Below are positions 1-12,275 of a stretch of DNA of 64,000 nt, in pieces. The DNA is taken from assembly GCF_009914755.1 (NCBI RefSeq), contig NC_060928.1. One strand, 5' to 3'. This DNA is from the human T2T-CHM13v2.0 reference genome, Homo sapiens. Made by a program: the position numbers and the translations under genes. Each line of letters starts with the position of its first letter. Within the stretch, counting starts at the first letter, position 1. The notes below the pieces were generated by a model. It was not told the DNA's origin, did not search any database, and saw only the letters and a program-made list of their open reading frames with translations.

Positions 1-750
1 CTTGGTAGCTTGCTCCTTTTCACTGATGAATAATATCCCATTGTATGAATATTTCACCGCTTATTTAAGAACATCTTGGTTTCTGGAGAATATGAATAAA
101 GATGCTATAAACATTCATATGGTGGTTTATTGCAGACATATTTTAAAATCAGTTGGGTAAATACATAGGAACATGGTTGCTGGATTGCATGGTTAAATGA
201 TATTTAGCTTTGTAAGAATCTGCCAAACTGTCTTCCAAAGTGACTGAATCATTTTTTTATTCACCAACAATGAATGAGAGTTCCTGTTGCCACACATCCT
301 TGCCAGCATTTCGTATTATCAATTTTTTGGACTTCAGCGGTTCTAATGGGAGTGTAGTGGTATCTCACTGTTGTTTTAATTTGTATTTCCTTAATGATAA
401 ATGATATTGAATATTTTTCCATTTTTTTTGACCTCTGTATACCTTTTTTGGTGGGTGTTTTCAGATCTTTTGCTCACTTTTAACTGAGTTGCTTTTCTTT
501 TTTCTTTAATTGTTGAGTTTCAAGAGTTCTTCGTATATTTTGGGTGTAAGTCTTGTAAAAATGTTTTGCGAATATTTTCTCCCAGTATGTGATTTGTTTC
601 TTTATTAACAGTGTCTTTTGCATGGCAGAAGTTTAAATTGTTTTTTTCTTTTATGAATTGTGATTTAAGTGTTTTATCTAAAGTCTCATTGCCAAACCCA
701 AGGTCACCTAGATTTTTTCCTGTATTTTCTTCTAGGCTGCTTATTTGTGT
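1..750 (-). mobile_element. Old L1 (L1M-type) ORF2-end/3' fragment
   Basis: Minus-strand translation LEENTGKNLGDLGFG is L1 ORF2-like; typical caacaatgaatgagagttcctgttgc and gtggtatctcactgttgttttaatttg segments. Confidence 0.8.
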
Positions 751-1399
751 CAAATGGATTTAGATCAGCCAGGAAAGAGTAGGGTATCCCATTCTTATTG
801 ATATGATTTTAAAGAGCATATTTTCTGACAGTCTATGATTTTAAAAAACAAGTTTTCTCAGTAAAAGTGCAGCTATGAAAGACGTTGTTCTGACTCAACA
901 GCAGCAGCCTGACCTTGGGAGAAAAGTTGTTTCCTGTTAACTTCCCAGCTGGTTTTATCTGTGACTGTTTTTTGTGTGTCTGTCTTAATTTGCAAAATGA
1001 ATGGACAGTCTAATGTTTTACTTTTTCAGAGGGAGCAGATATTTTGCTTCCTCACCACACAAGCTCACCACACAATGCAGGGTTCTTAGCCTGCATCGAC
1101 TTGATCATAACTCAGGAAAAGACAGATATTGGTCAATATTTCCTTCCAAAAGTGGAGATGATAAAGTAGAAGTATAGAAATCCTAAAGTCCAGACCTTCC
1201 TTGTTCAGCCAGGTTTTGCTCCTTCTCCACACACCTTTGTTCTTTTCTCCAACTTCCAAGGAATCTCACAAAGGAAGTGGGAAACAATGAACCTATTACT
1301 TCTTTCCTGCTTTAAATCCAATTCCACGTAGTCACGGAGACTGTTGGGCAGGATCTCTGGCTTGGTGGAAAGTGGGGCGTGCTGCCTAAAGTGATAGTT

Positions 1400-2100
1400 T
1401 GGAGGCCTTCTCTGTGCCGTCGCTATGGGAATGCCAGCTATATGTTGGCTGGGTGCGGGGCCCAGTCGCCAGGCCACACTGCACGCCTCCACATCCTCAG
1501 AGGGCCCGGGACTTGGGTCCTGGCCCCGCCCCCTGCGGACCCGGCACTCTGTCAGTTCCGTCCCCGGTCCTGGGAACCGCTCTTTATCCCACTCTGCGTG
1601 TCTGCCGGAACCTGGCTGGGAAGCGCTACTTGCTGCCCTGCCAGCCCGGGTGAGGGCGGAGCCAGGCCTCCAGCCGCGAGGACTGGAGTCGCGGGAGGTG
1701 GAGCCCCAGTCCGGAAGCCGGGGATCCGCGGCCATGACGGTGCCGGTCCGCGGCTTCTCGCTGCTCCGCGGCCGCCTTGGCCGAGCGCCGGCGTTGGGCA
1801 GAAGCACAGCACCCTCCGTAAGGGCACCGGGAGAGCCCGGGAGTGCGTTCCGGGGCTTTCGGAGCAGCGGTGTGAGGTACGAGGGCTGCGGGCGCCGGGT
1901 GCGGAGCCGCTGGCGGTGGGAGGTCGGCGGGGGCGCGGGCGGCGCTCGCGCGCGTGGGGCCCAAGGCTCGTGGGCGGCCGCGCGGCGGCGGGCTGGGTCG
2001 AGGACAGCCTTGTCTGTGAGGTGGCCTTGCCGGTCGCGCGGGCGAGTCGCAGTTGCCTCAGCTTGGGGAACGAAAACGTGCTCTGCTCTGGGCTCTCGCA
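1400..2100. promoter_or_regulatory. CpG-island promoter of MTHFD2L
   Basis: The only CpG-dense, very GC-rich segment in an AT-rich window. GC boxes CCCCGCCCCC (1524-1533) and GGGCGG (1654-1659), ETS-type CCGGAAG (1711-1717), E-box CACGTG just downstream (2179-2184). Confidence 0.9.
1734..1876 (+). CDS. MTHFD2L: MTHFD2L coding exon 1 (start codon, mitochondrial presequence)
   Basis: Kozak gccATGa at 1734. Encodes MTVPVRGFSLLRGRLGRAPALGRSTAPSVRAPGEPGSAFRGFRSSGVR, Arg-rich with almost no acidic residues. Donor AG|GTACGA at 1876/1877; 143 nt, phase 2, matches exon 2. Confidence 0.95.
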
Positions 2101-3649
2101 CCAGAATGTTCCATCTTTGCAGCAGGTGCACTTGATTTAGGAAGACATTTGAGGCACTAAGAAAAGGTAGTATAAAAACACGTGGTCGGCTTGGTCAAAC
2201 ATTTGTTTTTACTTTGGTTATTTTAGTGTTTCGTAAATAAAGGAGTAGGCGTTGTGCAGATGACTTACTAATGTTTGCGTTTCTGAATTCCTTTGTTAAT
2301 AGTGTTGTCTAAGTCTTTTCCAACTCTAAAATTATTTATGGTTTCACAAAACCAAATATCAATCCAGATTTCTCAGTCTTTTCATGTATGGCTCTCCCTC
2401 CCTAAACCTCTGTCAGGTGATGAGACTTAGATTCATTACATGTCTTGGTTGCTGGCAAGAACCATGCAAATACAACAGGGTACGCACTCTTCTATCTTAT
2501 ACTTTACCAGTCTTAGTTGCAAAATCCGTCTTAACAAGATGAAAATATATCTTCTTGACCCAGAGCTTGTGAGTCCAGAAGAGCCTCTGTTTTCAGACTT
2601 TCAGGGCTTCCAGAAATGCGCTTTCATTGCCATTTTACGTCCAAAATTGTGTCTCACTCGAGTTTTTGTATCCGCCAGTGCCCAGCACAATCCCTAGAAA
2701 AGCAATGACTGGTAACGTGGAAACTTAGATACTGTTTATTTAATTTAAATCAGTTAACTCCCTATTGTGTACATTTAGATCTTAGTCTCGAGTGTCTGAA
2801 TTTAAAAATTACTTCCTATAGGATTTGCTTTGGACATAATTTCTTGTGACTAGGTCTTCCACAAGGATATGTGAGAAAATAACAGTGAATCAGAGTTGTG
2901 TAAGCTGTAGTAGGTTGGGTAAGAATGTTCCACTTAGTTTGGAACTACCAGCTAGATCTACTACCTAGGAAAAGCAGATTCTGTAGAATTCTATTTGTTT
3001 TAAAGAATTGAGGAAATTATTTGCCGTCACTCTAAATTACTTGTTTGTATCATTATTTTTTGAATTTCAGTTGTTTTAGGGGTGCTTTTCAGGGTGAGGA
3101 TAACTTGTTTCAAATAGTACAACTTGATTAATTTCCCTGTCAGCTTGCTGTAAACAACTCCATCTCCCCATCTTCTCCATGACCTGCATACATTGAATGG
3201 AAGTCATTACAAACAACAGTTACAACCCCAAAATTTGGTTGTAGCCACTTGCTTTGTACACACACACCAACTCATGTAGAATTCAAAACTTTTAAGTTAC
3301 ACATAATGACCTCTTTATAATTTAAAATAGTTGAGTGCAAAGGTTTTGGAAAGCTATTATCCCTATGCACTGTAAGAGTTACTAATTTCAGCCCGGCTGC
3401 TTTCAGTTCCACTTGATGCAGATTATAGTTATAAAAAAAGTAATATATTTTGATAGTTTTTATTTTTTAAAGAGGGCACTAGGCAAGTTAAGATAAGGCG
3501 GGGGTTTTGACGCCCTCTTTGTACTGAATACCATCTCTGAAGGTGAGGTTGGCCCCAAGGTTGAGAAACACCTGTGGACTGGTGGGTCTCGGGTGGGGAG
3601 GAATTCGGACAGTGTGTTGATGCTTATTGGTGTCTCTTTTCTCTTCTAG

Positions 3650-4225
3650 GACCAGCAGAGAGAAGAGATTCCATCTTCCAGAGGTTGCCACTGTCTGCCT
3701 CCCCACTTGTCCCCATCCACAGTCATCTTTTTTATATATATAATGACACATTAGTTGTCTAGTTCTTCATAGTTAATGTGGTTTAAGTCTGACATCTTTT
3801 CTTTTGCCATGAAATTTACACCTTAGTGTTATTCTCACTGAAAATTGCCTTTGAGTTTGATAAACTCTTATCCCAGTGATATTGACTGTTTTAAATTAAC
3901 AGATTTATCACCATTTCTGAGCTGTGTAGGGCCTTAATTGAAAAAGTATCTTTGATTATTTTTTCACATTTTGGCCACATGCCTATAATAATGGAATATT
4001 TACAGTACTTTTTAGTGGAGAACTTTTTTAAGTAGAATTTCAATAATTAATGTTTGATGGAGTTTGGAAGTTACCGTATTTTGAAGTATCGTTTAACATT
4101 CTTCTCTCAATGAGTTTTCCTTTAAAATTTGCAGTGAATTTGTTTTCCTGTTTATGCATGAGAATTTAGGTCTTATTAATTGGGGGAAATTAATGTTAAA
4201 GTAATAAATAAGCCCTTGTTGCAGC
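3650..4225 (+). other. Candidate alternative terminal exon in intron 1
   Basis: Strong acceptor tgtctcttttctcttctag|G. Frame from exon 1 stays open for 30 further codons to TAA at 3741-3743. AATAAA at 4203-4208 followed by T/GT-rich sequence. Confidence 0.6.
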
Positions 4226-6579
4226 TTATTGTTTCTTGAAATGAATTAACTATCCAGGCAAAAGGTTAAAAATGAAAAAAAAAGTCTTTGTAACTAAATT
4301 TTTCCCATTTTGTTGTGGTATTTGAGGAGTTTACAAATCAAAATGTCCTGGGTTAAAAGGCATCACATGAGTTTGTGCCCATTGCTTTTCAGTGTGAGGA
4401 GTCTGATAGCAGCCCATCCCATTTGGGTGGGAAGGTTATAGACCTTGCACATTAATGCCATGCTCAAAGCAGATTTGCAGGTATCCTGCAACACAGGGAC
4501 TTTCACAAAACCCGCTTTGGCTTATTCTACCTGAACTACTTATTTTAATTAACTAAATGGATATCCCAAGCATTCCATGTTTATCCTGTTGCTCAGTGAA
4601 TCCTCAAATCGTTAATTTGGTAGATTCTCTTTTTTGTCTTCATACTATTATTTCTTTTAGCTTTTAAAAAAATTGTGTACTGCCTACAGGTCTTTATGGA
4701 AGTTTCACCTTTCTTTGTGTCGCACTGGCATCGGCTGTATAATTTTTGCAGCTAGACCACATTTTAAAAAAATCTACATTTTTGGAACTAGTAAAAGATA
4801 CTTATTTGTGTTATTTAAGTATTCACGTCTTTTACCGTGGGTAGTTAAGTTTAATAATTTAAAAAGACACATTTTATCAGTAACAATGTTCATTTTATTT
4901 TTCAGACTCTTCCCTCTACTACTTACTCTGTATTTCTGTCTCTTCTAATGACTAGGAAAGGCAGTTTCTCAAAATCATCTTCTATTTAGTTGGCAAATGT
5001 GATAATGTGGGTAGTGTTCCTACCTTCCTGCTGTATGTGTTCTACTGAAATGAGATATAATAGCCATCTGGCTACAATTTTGATTTCTAAGAAGTTCTTA
5101 TGTCATTTTAAATTCAAAAACTAAGTATTTCAACATTTGGTCTCTCATATCTTAAGTTTTATTTTCTTTGTTCCAGCTGTTCAGAGATAGTGTGTTCTAA
5201 TATCTCCACAATCAAGATTTTTGACTAAAATGGATCAGTACATGAAAAAGAGGGACTAGTATTAATTTTAGATCTTGTTAGTTAATCATGGTCTTACTAA
5301 TAATTTGGCAAGTTCTTTAATGAGCCAAATCTTTGTATTTCAAATGCCTTGAAGTTGTTATTCTTTCCTATTAGTACCCTGATGGGAGGATGAAAACAGC
5401 AGAAAGGAGCAGCACCAGATGATCTTTTCATGGGCACGTACTCTTTCAAGGAATCCCATGGAGCTCAGTGAAATTACACTTTGGCTTAGAGATAATTAAG
5501 TTGTGGAAGGAGGTTTAAGAGAGGAGCTTAGGTGAAATTTGAGCTGTAAATGAGTATGCTAAATTAAAGAAATGATTAGTAATAAATGAGATTTGCTATT
5601 AAGAAATTCACTTTGGATCTGAGACAACATTTTACATACAATGTAGAAAACTTTATGGTCAGAACAGAACACAGTCTGAACCTAAATTAACAGTAGTGTT
5701 AAAGAATTCAGGGCGGGATATTATCCAAGAAGGCCTAGCCAGCTGCTCCACTTAATGTTACATCACAAGTGGTTTCTGTGTTGCTATTGTTTTTATTAGC
5801 ATTTCAATGACTGTGTCATATTACATTAAATCAATTGGCTCTAACTTACCTAACCATCTTGCTGCTTTTTATTGTCTAGTTCTTGGAAAATATGTAATAA
5901 TTTACTCTCAGATTGAGGTCATGTCCTTGTCAATGTCATACCAACCAGGTTTGTTCACTGCATCATCTGAACGCTATGTAGGTTTCTATAATTAGGCTCA
6001 TTAGAGTGTTCCTAGATCCAAAGACTATCTAAAGATCTAAAGATTCATAATTCTAAAGTGAGGGTGTGTGTATAGTTTACAACAGATGTTCTCTCCCCAC
6101 TTTTTTTTTTTTTTTTTTTTGCTGTTTGTGATTAACTGGAACTGCAATGAATGCCATCATGCTTTTAAGGAATTCAGTTGTATTGTTGAAAAATACAATT
6201 TTCTTAATATCTAAGGAGCTCTTAGTCAGTGGTAAGCACTTTGCTGAGATTTTGCATATACAGTATGTCCTTCGATCCTCACAACAACTAAAGGAAGTAG
6301 ATAGACACTATTACTATTCCCAGTTAACAGATTGAGAAATTGAGGCTTAAAGAAATTAAACTTGTCAAGTTGACACAGTAAATACATGGTGAAGACAAGG
6401 CTTGAACCCACATCATCTTTCCGGTGTTCTTCTCTACAAGCAGTTTATAATTATTGACTTATCTTACTTTTTCTTCTTTTTGAAACATTTATTAATATTA
6501 AATCTCATACAACTTTTGTGAATCTAGAAAGCTAATTTTGCATGTAAATTTTAAAATTATTTTGTTAGATTCCCTCAGT

Positions 6580-7000
6580 TTGAGATGTTCTTAACCTGGG
6601 ACCTTATGGATAGAATTCAGAGGATCCATAAACTTGGATTGGAGGTTACTAACTTCTGATAAATTGAGCATTTTTTTTCCATTGTTAGTGTTGGCAACAA
6701 ATACATAATATCATCAGTACATGTGACTTGCTAATATAATTTACAAATATTTCAGTATCACAAAGTTGAGGCAGATACCACAAAACATCATCTGCACATC
6801 ACTATTTTGTTATGGTAGTTAGACCTACCACTAGATCCTGTTATTTAATACTTTTAAAAAAAAGCATTTGATAATATTTCAGTAAAACTGGTTTTCCTTG
6901 TAATCTGTATTTTATATTGAATGTTTAAAAGGATTGTTCTGAGAAAGAGTCCACAGGTTTCAGCAGATAGGCCAAGAGCTTTTGTGGCACAAAGCTTAGC
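6580..7000. mobile_element. hAT-Charlie-like DNA transposon remnant
   Basis: gttcttaacctggg start and ttctgagaaagagtccacaggtttc...gtggcacaaa end resemble Charlie/MER elements. Confidence 0.45.
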
Positions 7001-7288
7001 ATCTAAGGTTCTTTCTGACAAAGTTAGTTTGAAAACAATGGATATTGTTTAGTACAGAGTCAGAAAGTTAACTAGTTAAAAAACTGGATACGAAGAAGAG
7101 TCATATATAATGAAAAGGTATTTTACTTTTTATTGATTTGCAGATGTAATTTCTAGTAAAATTACTTCAAGATGTGAATAGGGTACTTGGGGTATGAAAC
7201 AAATTTTTTTAAAGAGGTCATAAACTTAACACTTGCAGGTATTCATTTATTTTAATAACACACTTCAAAAGACTCCCTATACTGGTGA

Positions 7289-7767
<479 letters not shown>

Positions 7768-8234
7768 AGGTTTTTTCAACATTATAGAGATAAAATGGTT
7801 CATTGCAGCTCTAGTTGAAGTCGTGAATAAAGATGAGATTGAAACTAAGATATGGATTTGCCAAGTATACGAATTAAATAAACTCTTGATCTTGACTAGG
7901 TTTTATTTGTTGGTAAGCTACTTTTTTGTGGAAGAGTATTTTGATACATAGAAATAATCCTCCCCCTTTGTTATTTTGCTCTAGTTTATTAAATAAATCA
8001 TTTGATTCTAATAAGCGTAGATAAGGTGGTTAGTTTATTTTCTGGAAGTACAAGTAAACAAGCCCATGGAAACAGCACTAAGTGCTGAAGACTTTCTGCT
8101 CTCATAATGTTTCTGGTTATCGAAATATGTCTCCATCTGTAATTTAGCAGAAACTAAGAGAAAGAGCCACTTTTGCAAACCAGCCCATGAACTTTTAGCC
8201 AAATCCTCTTATGTAATGTAAGGTCAACAAGAGA

Positions 8235-8385
8235 GTATTCCCATTATATAGATGAAGAAATTGCATGCCGTTGAGAGAAGCTAAGTGACTTGCCTAACTT
8301 TATTATTGCTACTAATGGTAACCCAGAGCTCTGATGCTCAGGACTTCTAATTTCAGGTGAGTAGTTTGTACTACATAGTGCTGCC
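8235..8385. mobile_element. MIR fragment
   Basis: cccattatatagatgaagaaatt...gagagaagctaagtgacttgcctaa MIR core. Confidence 0.65.
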
Positions 8386-8929
8386 CTGCTACTCACTAGC
8401 CACCACCTCCCTTCTTTAATTTTTGCCTCCTGATGAAGCCACATTTCGTGGCTAGCCCAGCAGTAGGCTGGGCTTTTGGAAGGGAGGGCACCTTTTCTTG
8501 CCTTTGGGGGAAGGTCATTTCTGCCTTTGTGGGAAACCACCTGAGCAAGTAATGACAGGGCACATCATGTAAACAATATCTAAGGGGTCAAATGGATTTT
8601 ATTTTTGATATGCATTAATGGCAAGGTCACTATGTAATTTTTTTGGCCAAACTAGCACATTTTTTAGAGTAAAAAGGGGCACGAATGTAATGAAAATTAT
8701 ATATTTGGAATATCTATTGGCTTACAAATATATTAGTGAACTTATAGAATAGTTTCAGACCATTTTCAAAATTAACATTTTAAAAGATAATTTATATCCT
8801 TATGTGTTAAAATAAAAATTTATATTACATGAACATTCAGCATGAACAATTATTCCTGGTGCATATTCACATGCTTGAATCAGTTTCTTAGCTGTATCTT
8901 TTAACACCTTGATCCTGATAATTTTCTGA

Positions 8930-9247
<318 letters not shown>

Positions 9248-9709
9248 CTTGTGCTTAATTTTAAAATTAAATTTTCTGCAATTTTCTTAACAGTTGCAAA
9301 TAGAATCTTTGCTTTAGACAATGGTTATTTTAGTTTTAAAGGTACTGTCTCTATAGATGCTGAAACACCACATAAACTGCTAAATGGAACAGTCTTAATT
9401 CTACATTTTGCACATTGAAATGGGAAGATATTTTAGCCTAAATATTTTCACAGGTGCTATGTTGGTGTATCTTTTCAAAGTACTTTTCTTTGACAAATAT
9501 TTAGATAAAAGAAATAAGTTGTTTTTGTGTATGATTTTAAAAATAGTTTACCATATTTAGATAGGGGAAAATTAAAGTTTTTCTCAATTGTATTCCAATG
9601 TTTTACAAAATGGTAATTTATTCCAGGAAATTTTATTCAACAAAAAATATGAGTTCCATCAGAAGATTATTCTCAGACATTGAACTATTTAAAATTGCTA
9701 TTATAGATG

Positions 9710-10002
9710 TATTTATTTACTAATTCTGCTGTATACAAAGTTCCACAAACTAGCTAGCTTGAAACAGCAGAAATCTGTTTTCACACTGGAAACAGTGGAA
9801 GGAGGCTGGAAGTCTGAAATCAAAGTATCTGTAGGCCCACACTCTGTCGACTAGCTTCTGGTTATTGCCAGCAGTCCTTGGTGTTCCTAAGGAGTTTGCA
9901 GCTGCATAACTCCAGTCTTTGCCTCTGTTGTTAAATGGTTGTCTTCCCTCTCTGTCTTCACTTCCCTTTTTATGTGTCTCTGTGTCTTCTCTTGTAAGGA
10001 CA
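9710..10002. mobile_element. MaLR LTR fragment (MLT1-like)
   Basis: aaacagcagaaat...ggaggctggaagtctgaaatcaa...gcagctgcataactccagtct...taaggaca. Confidence 0.7.
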
Positions 10003-10224
10003 GAAATTAAAATTACTTGTGCATTGTTTGAGCTATGATTTTTTAAATTAGTTTACTTCTTCCCTTCCTTTTGAAGAGATAAGGTTTCTGTTTGTAAGCT
10101 TTGGTTTCACTGATTACAATTCACTAAAAACTTTAAATCTGAAGGTGTCCCTACTCCCATTTGGTCTGTTTGTTGAATATGTTGATTAATAATGACCAAC
10201 AACTTTTGAAAAAAATGCAACAAG

Positions 10225-11090
10225 TGTTGCCCATCCCAGTGCCAGGCCAGCCCCCACAGACACAGCTTGTAGGCCAGTCCTTGCAGACCCAGGCTCTAGG
10301 CCTGCACTAATGCCAGGGCAGCATCCAAAGATTCCAGCTGAGCCTCTGCAGACTTAGGCATCAGGTAGAAACTCATGGACCCACACTGTAAGCCTGCCCC
10401 AGTACCAGGTCAGCTTCCATTAATTCAGGTCCAAGCCTATCCCCAGGGACCCAAACTCTGCACCCAACCCCATGGTTCTAGGTACCAGGTCTTCCCCTGC
10501 AGATCTAGGTACCAGGGCCATTCCAGAGGACCCTGGGCAAGCCTAGTCCCCACAGACTTGGGACCAGACCCATTCCAATGCCAGGCTGGTCCCCATGGAC
10601 TCAGGCTCAAGACCTACCCCAGTGCCAGGATGGCCCCTATGAACCTAGGCTTCAGGTCTGTATTTGCAGACCAAGGCTCCAGGACTACTCCTATATACCC
10701 AGTTGACAGCCCACCCCAGTGGACCCATGCACCGGATTAGCCCCCTGTGAGTTGAAGCATTAGGCCCACCACCTGCTGACCTAGGCATCACCTGCCAACT
10801 AATCCAAGGGCTTTAGCAGCAAGCCCACCCATGGGCCATGCCGGATGGCCCATCAAGAATCTCCAGATCCACTGACTGGTGAAGGGCTTTCCCTGCTGAA
10901 GCCAGTTTAGAAAGACTGGAATAGGCGCCTACTTCTTCAAGCGATAGACAGCAATGAAAGGCCACAGGCTTGTGAACCATTAGGGAAACATGGCACCACA
11001 AAAAGAACAAAATTAACAATAATTGACATAAAGAAATGGAGAGCTACAGGCTGCCTATCCAGAGAACACAGGTAGACAACTAGACAATAT
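10225..11090 (+). mobile_element. Old L1 5'UTR with degenerate tandem units and ORF1 start
   Basis: Repeated ccaggcc/cagacccaggctc(t/c)agg units, then gaaacATGgcaccacaaaaagaac...aaagaaatggag resembling an L1M ORF1 N-terminus. Confidence 0.6.
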
Positions 11091-11449
11091 CAGTGATTTA
11101 AAATACTACAAAAGGGTAAAAACCAGGTACTGTGGGAGCTCACAGCAGATTCCCAGGGTACAGGGTTGGGAAAACATCACAAGAGTGTTTTATAAGCTGA
11201 GACTTGAGCAATGTGTGGGACAGACTTGGCAAAGTGGTTGGAGAGGTGAGAAAGGGAAGGAAGAGTGTTTCAGGCAGAGGGAATATTATATCTGAAGATC
11301 TGGAGAGAACATGGTGCAGTTCATGAATTAAAATATGACTGGTGTGTAGTGCGCGACTCACTAAGCACAGTGTTCTTTAACAGTGAGGCTAAAGTAGCTC
11401 ATGCAGAAGTGTGTAACCCATAGGGGATTGGGATTTTAGTTAACTTTTT

Positions 11450-12275
11450 CCCCCAATTTCTCAGGTCAGAAATGTTAGAGTCATGTTTGCCTTCTGTTTT
11501 TCCTTTTTTCATATCCTACACCCAATCTCAGTAACTCCCAAGGGTTCCACTCTCAAAATAGATTCAGAATCAGACTACTTAGCACCTCCATGGCTACCCC
11601 TTTGCCTAACTCCCCATGATCCCTTGTTTGTTATACTACACTAGCTTCTTAGCTGGAGTGTCCACTTCTCCCCTTGATCTCATAGAGTCTATCCTTCATA
11701 TTTTCACCAGTTATTTTAAAAGTGAAAGTCACGTCAAAATCTCTAAATGGCTTCGTGTCTCACAGTAAAAGCCAACATCCTTTCAAAGGCCTGCAGGGCC
11801 TTATATAATCTGATGTCCCATTCCTTCTCTGACTTCATGTCTTACCCTAGTTCACTTGTTCTTTCCACTGCAACCATTGGCCTCTTGCTATTCCTCAAAG
11901 ATTTCAGGTATGCTCCTTGCTAAAGGCCTCCATACTTGTTCTTCCCTTCCCTTGGCCTAGAATGCTTTTCTTCCAGAAATCTACATGACTCATTTCATTC
12001 ATTTCTGCCCACGTGTCACCTGATTTATCAGAGAAGTGATATCTTAACCCACCTATGTAAAATAACTCTGGCCCTCAGATAAGTCCTTTCTCTGCCTCAT
12101 GTTACACATATTAAATACTTGTTGTTTTTCAATTTGCTTATATCTTCTTCAACTAGAATATAGTTTCCATAAAAGTAGGTAATTGTTTTGTGCCCTATTA
12201 TTTATATTCCCAGTGCCCAAAATAGTTTTCAGCACATAGGAGACTTTCAATATATATTTGTTAAGTGAATAAACA
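11450..12275 (+). mobile_element. L2 fragment
   Basis: L2-like pyrimidine-rich body ending agcacataggagactttcaatatatatttgttaagtgaataaa. Confidence 0.7.

Noticed and set aside
1205-2131. 308-aa minus-strand ORF and other long overlapping ORFs over exon 1
   Set aside because: Expected from stop-codon scarcity in a CpG island; low-complexity Arg/Pro/Ala content and no recognisable domain.
3413-3421. ATF4 CARE-like TTGATGCAG
   Set aside because: Mismatch to TGATGCAA; likely chance.
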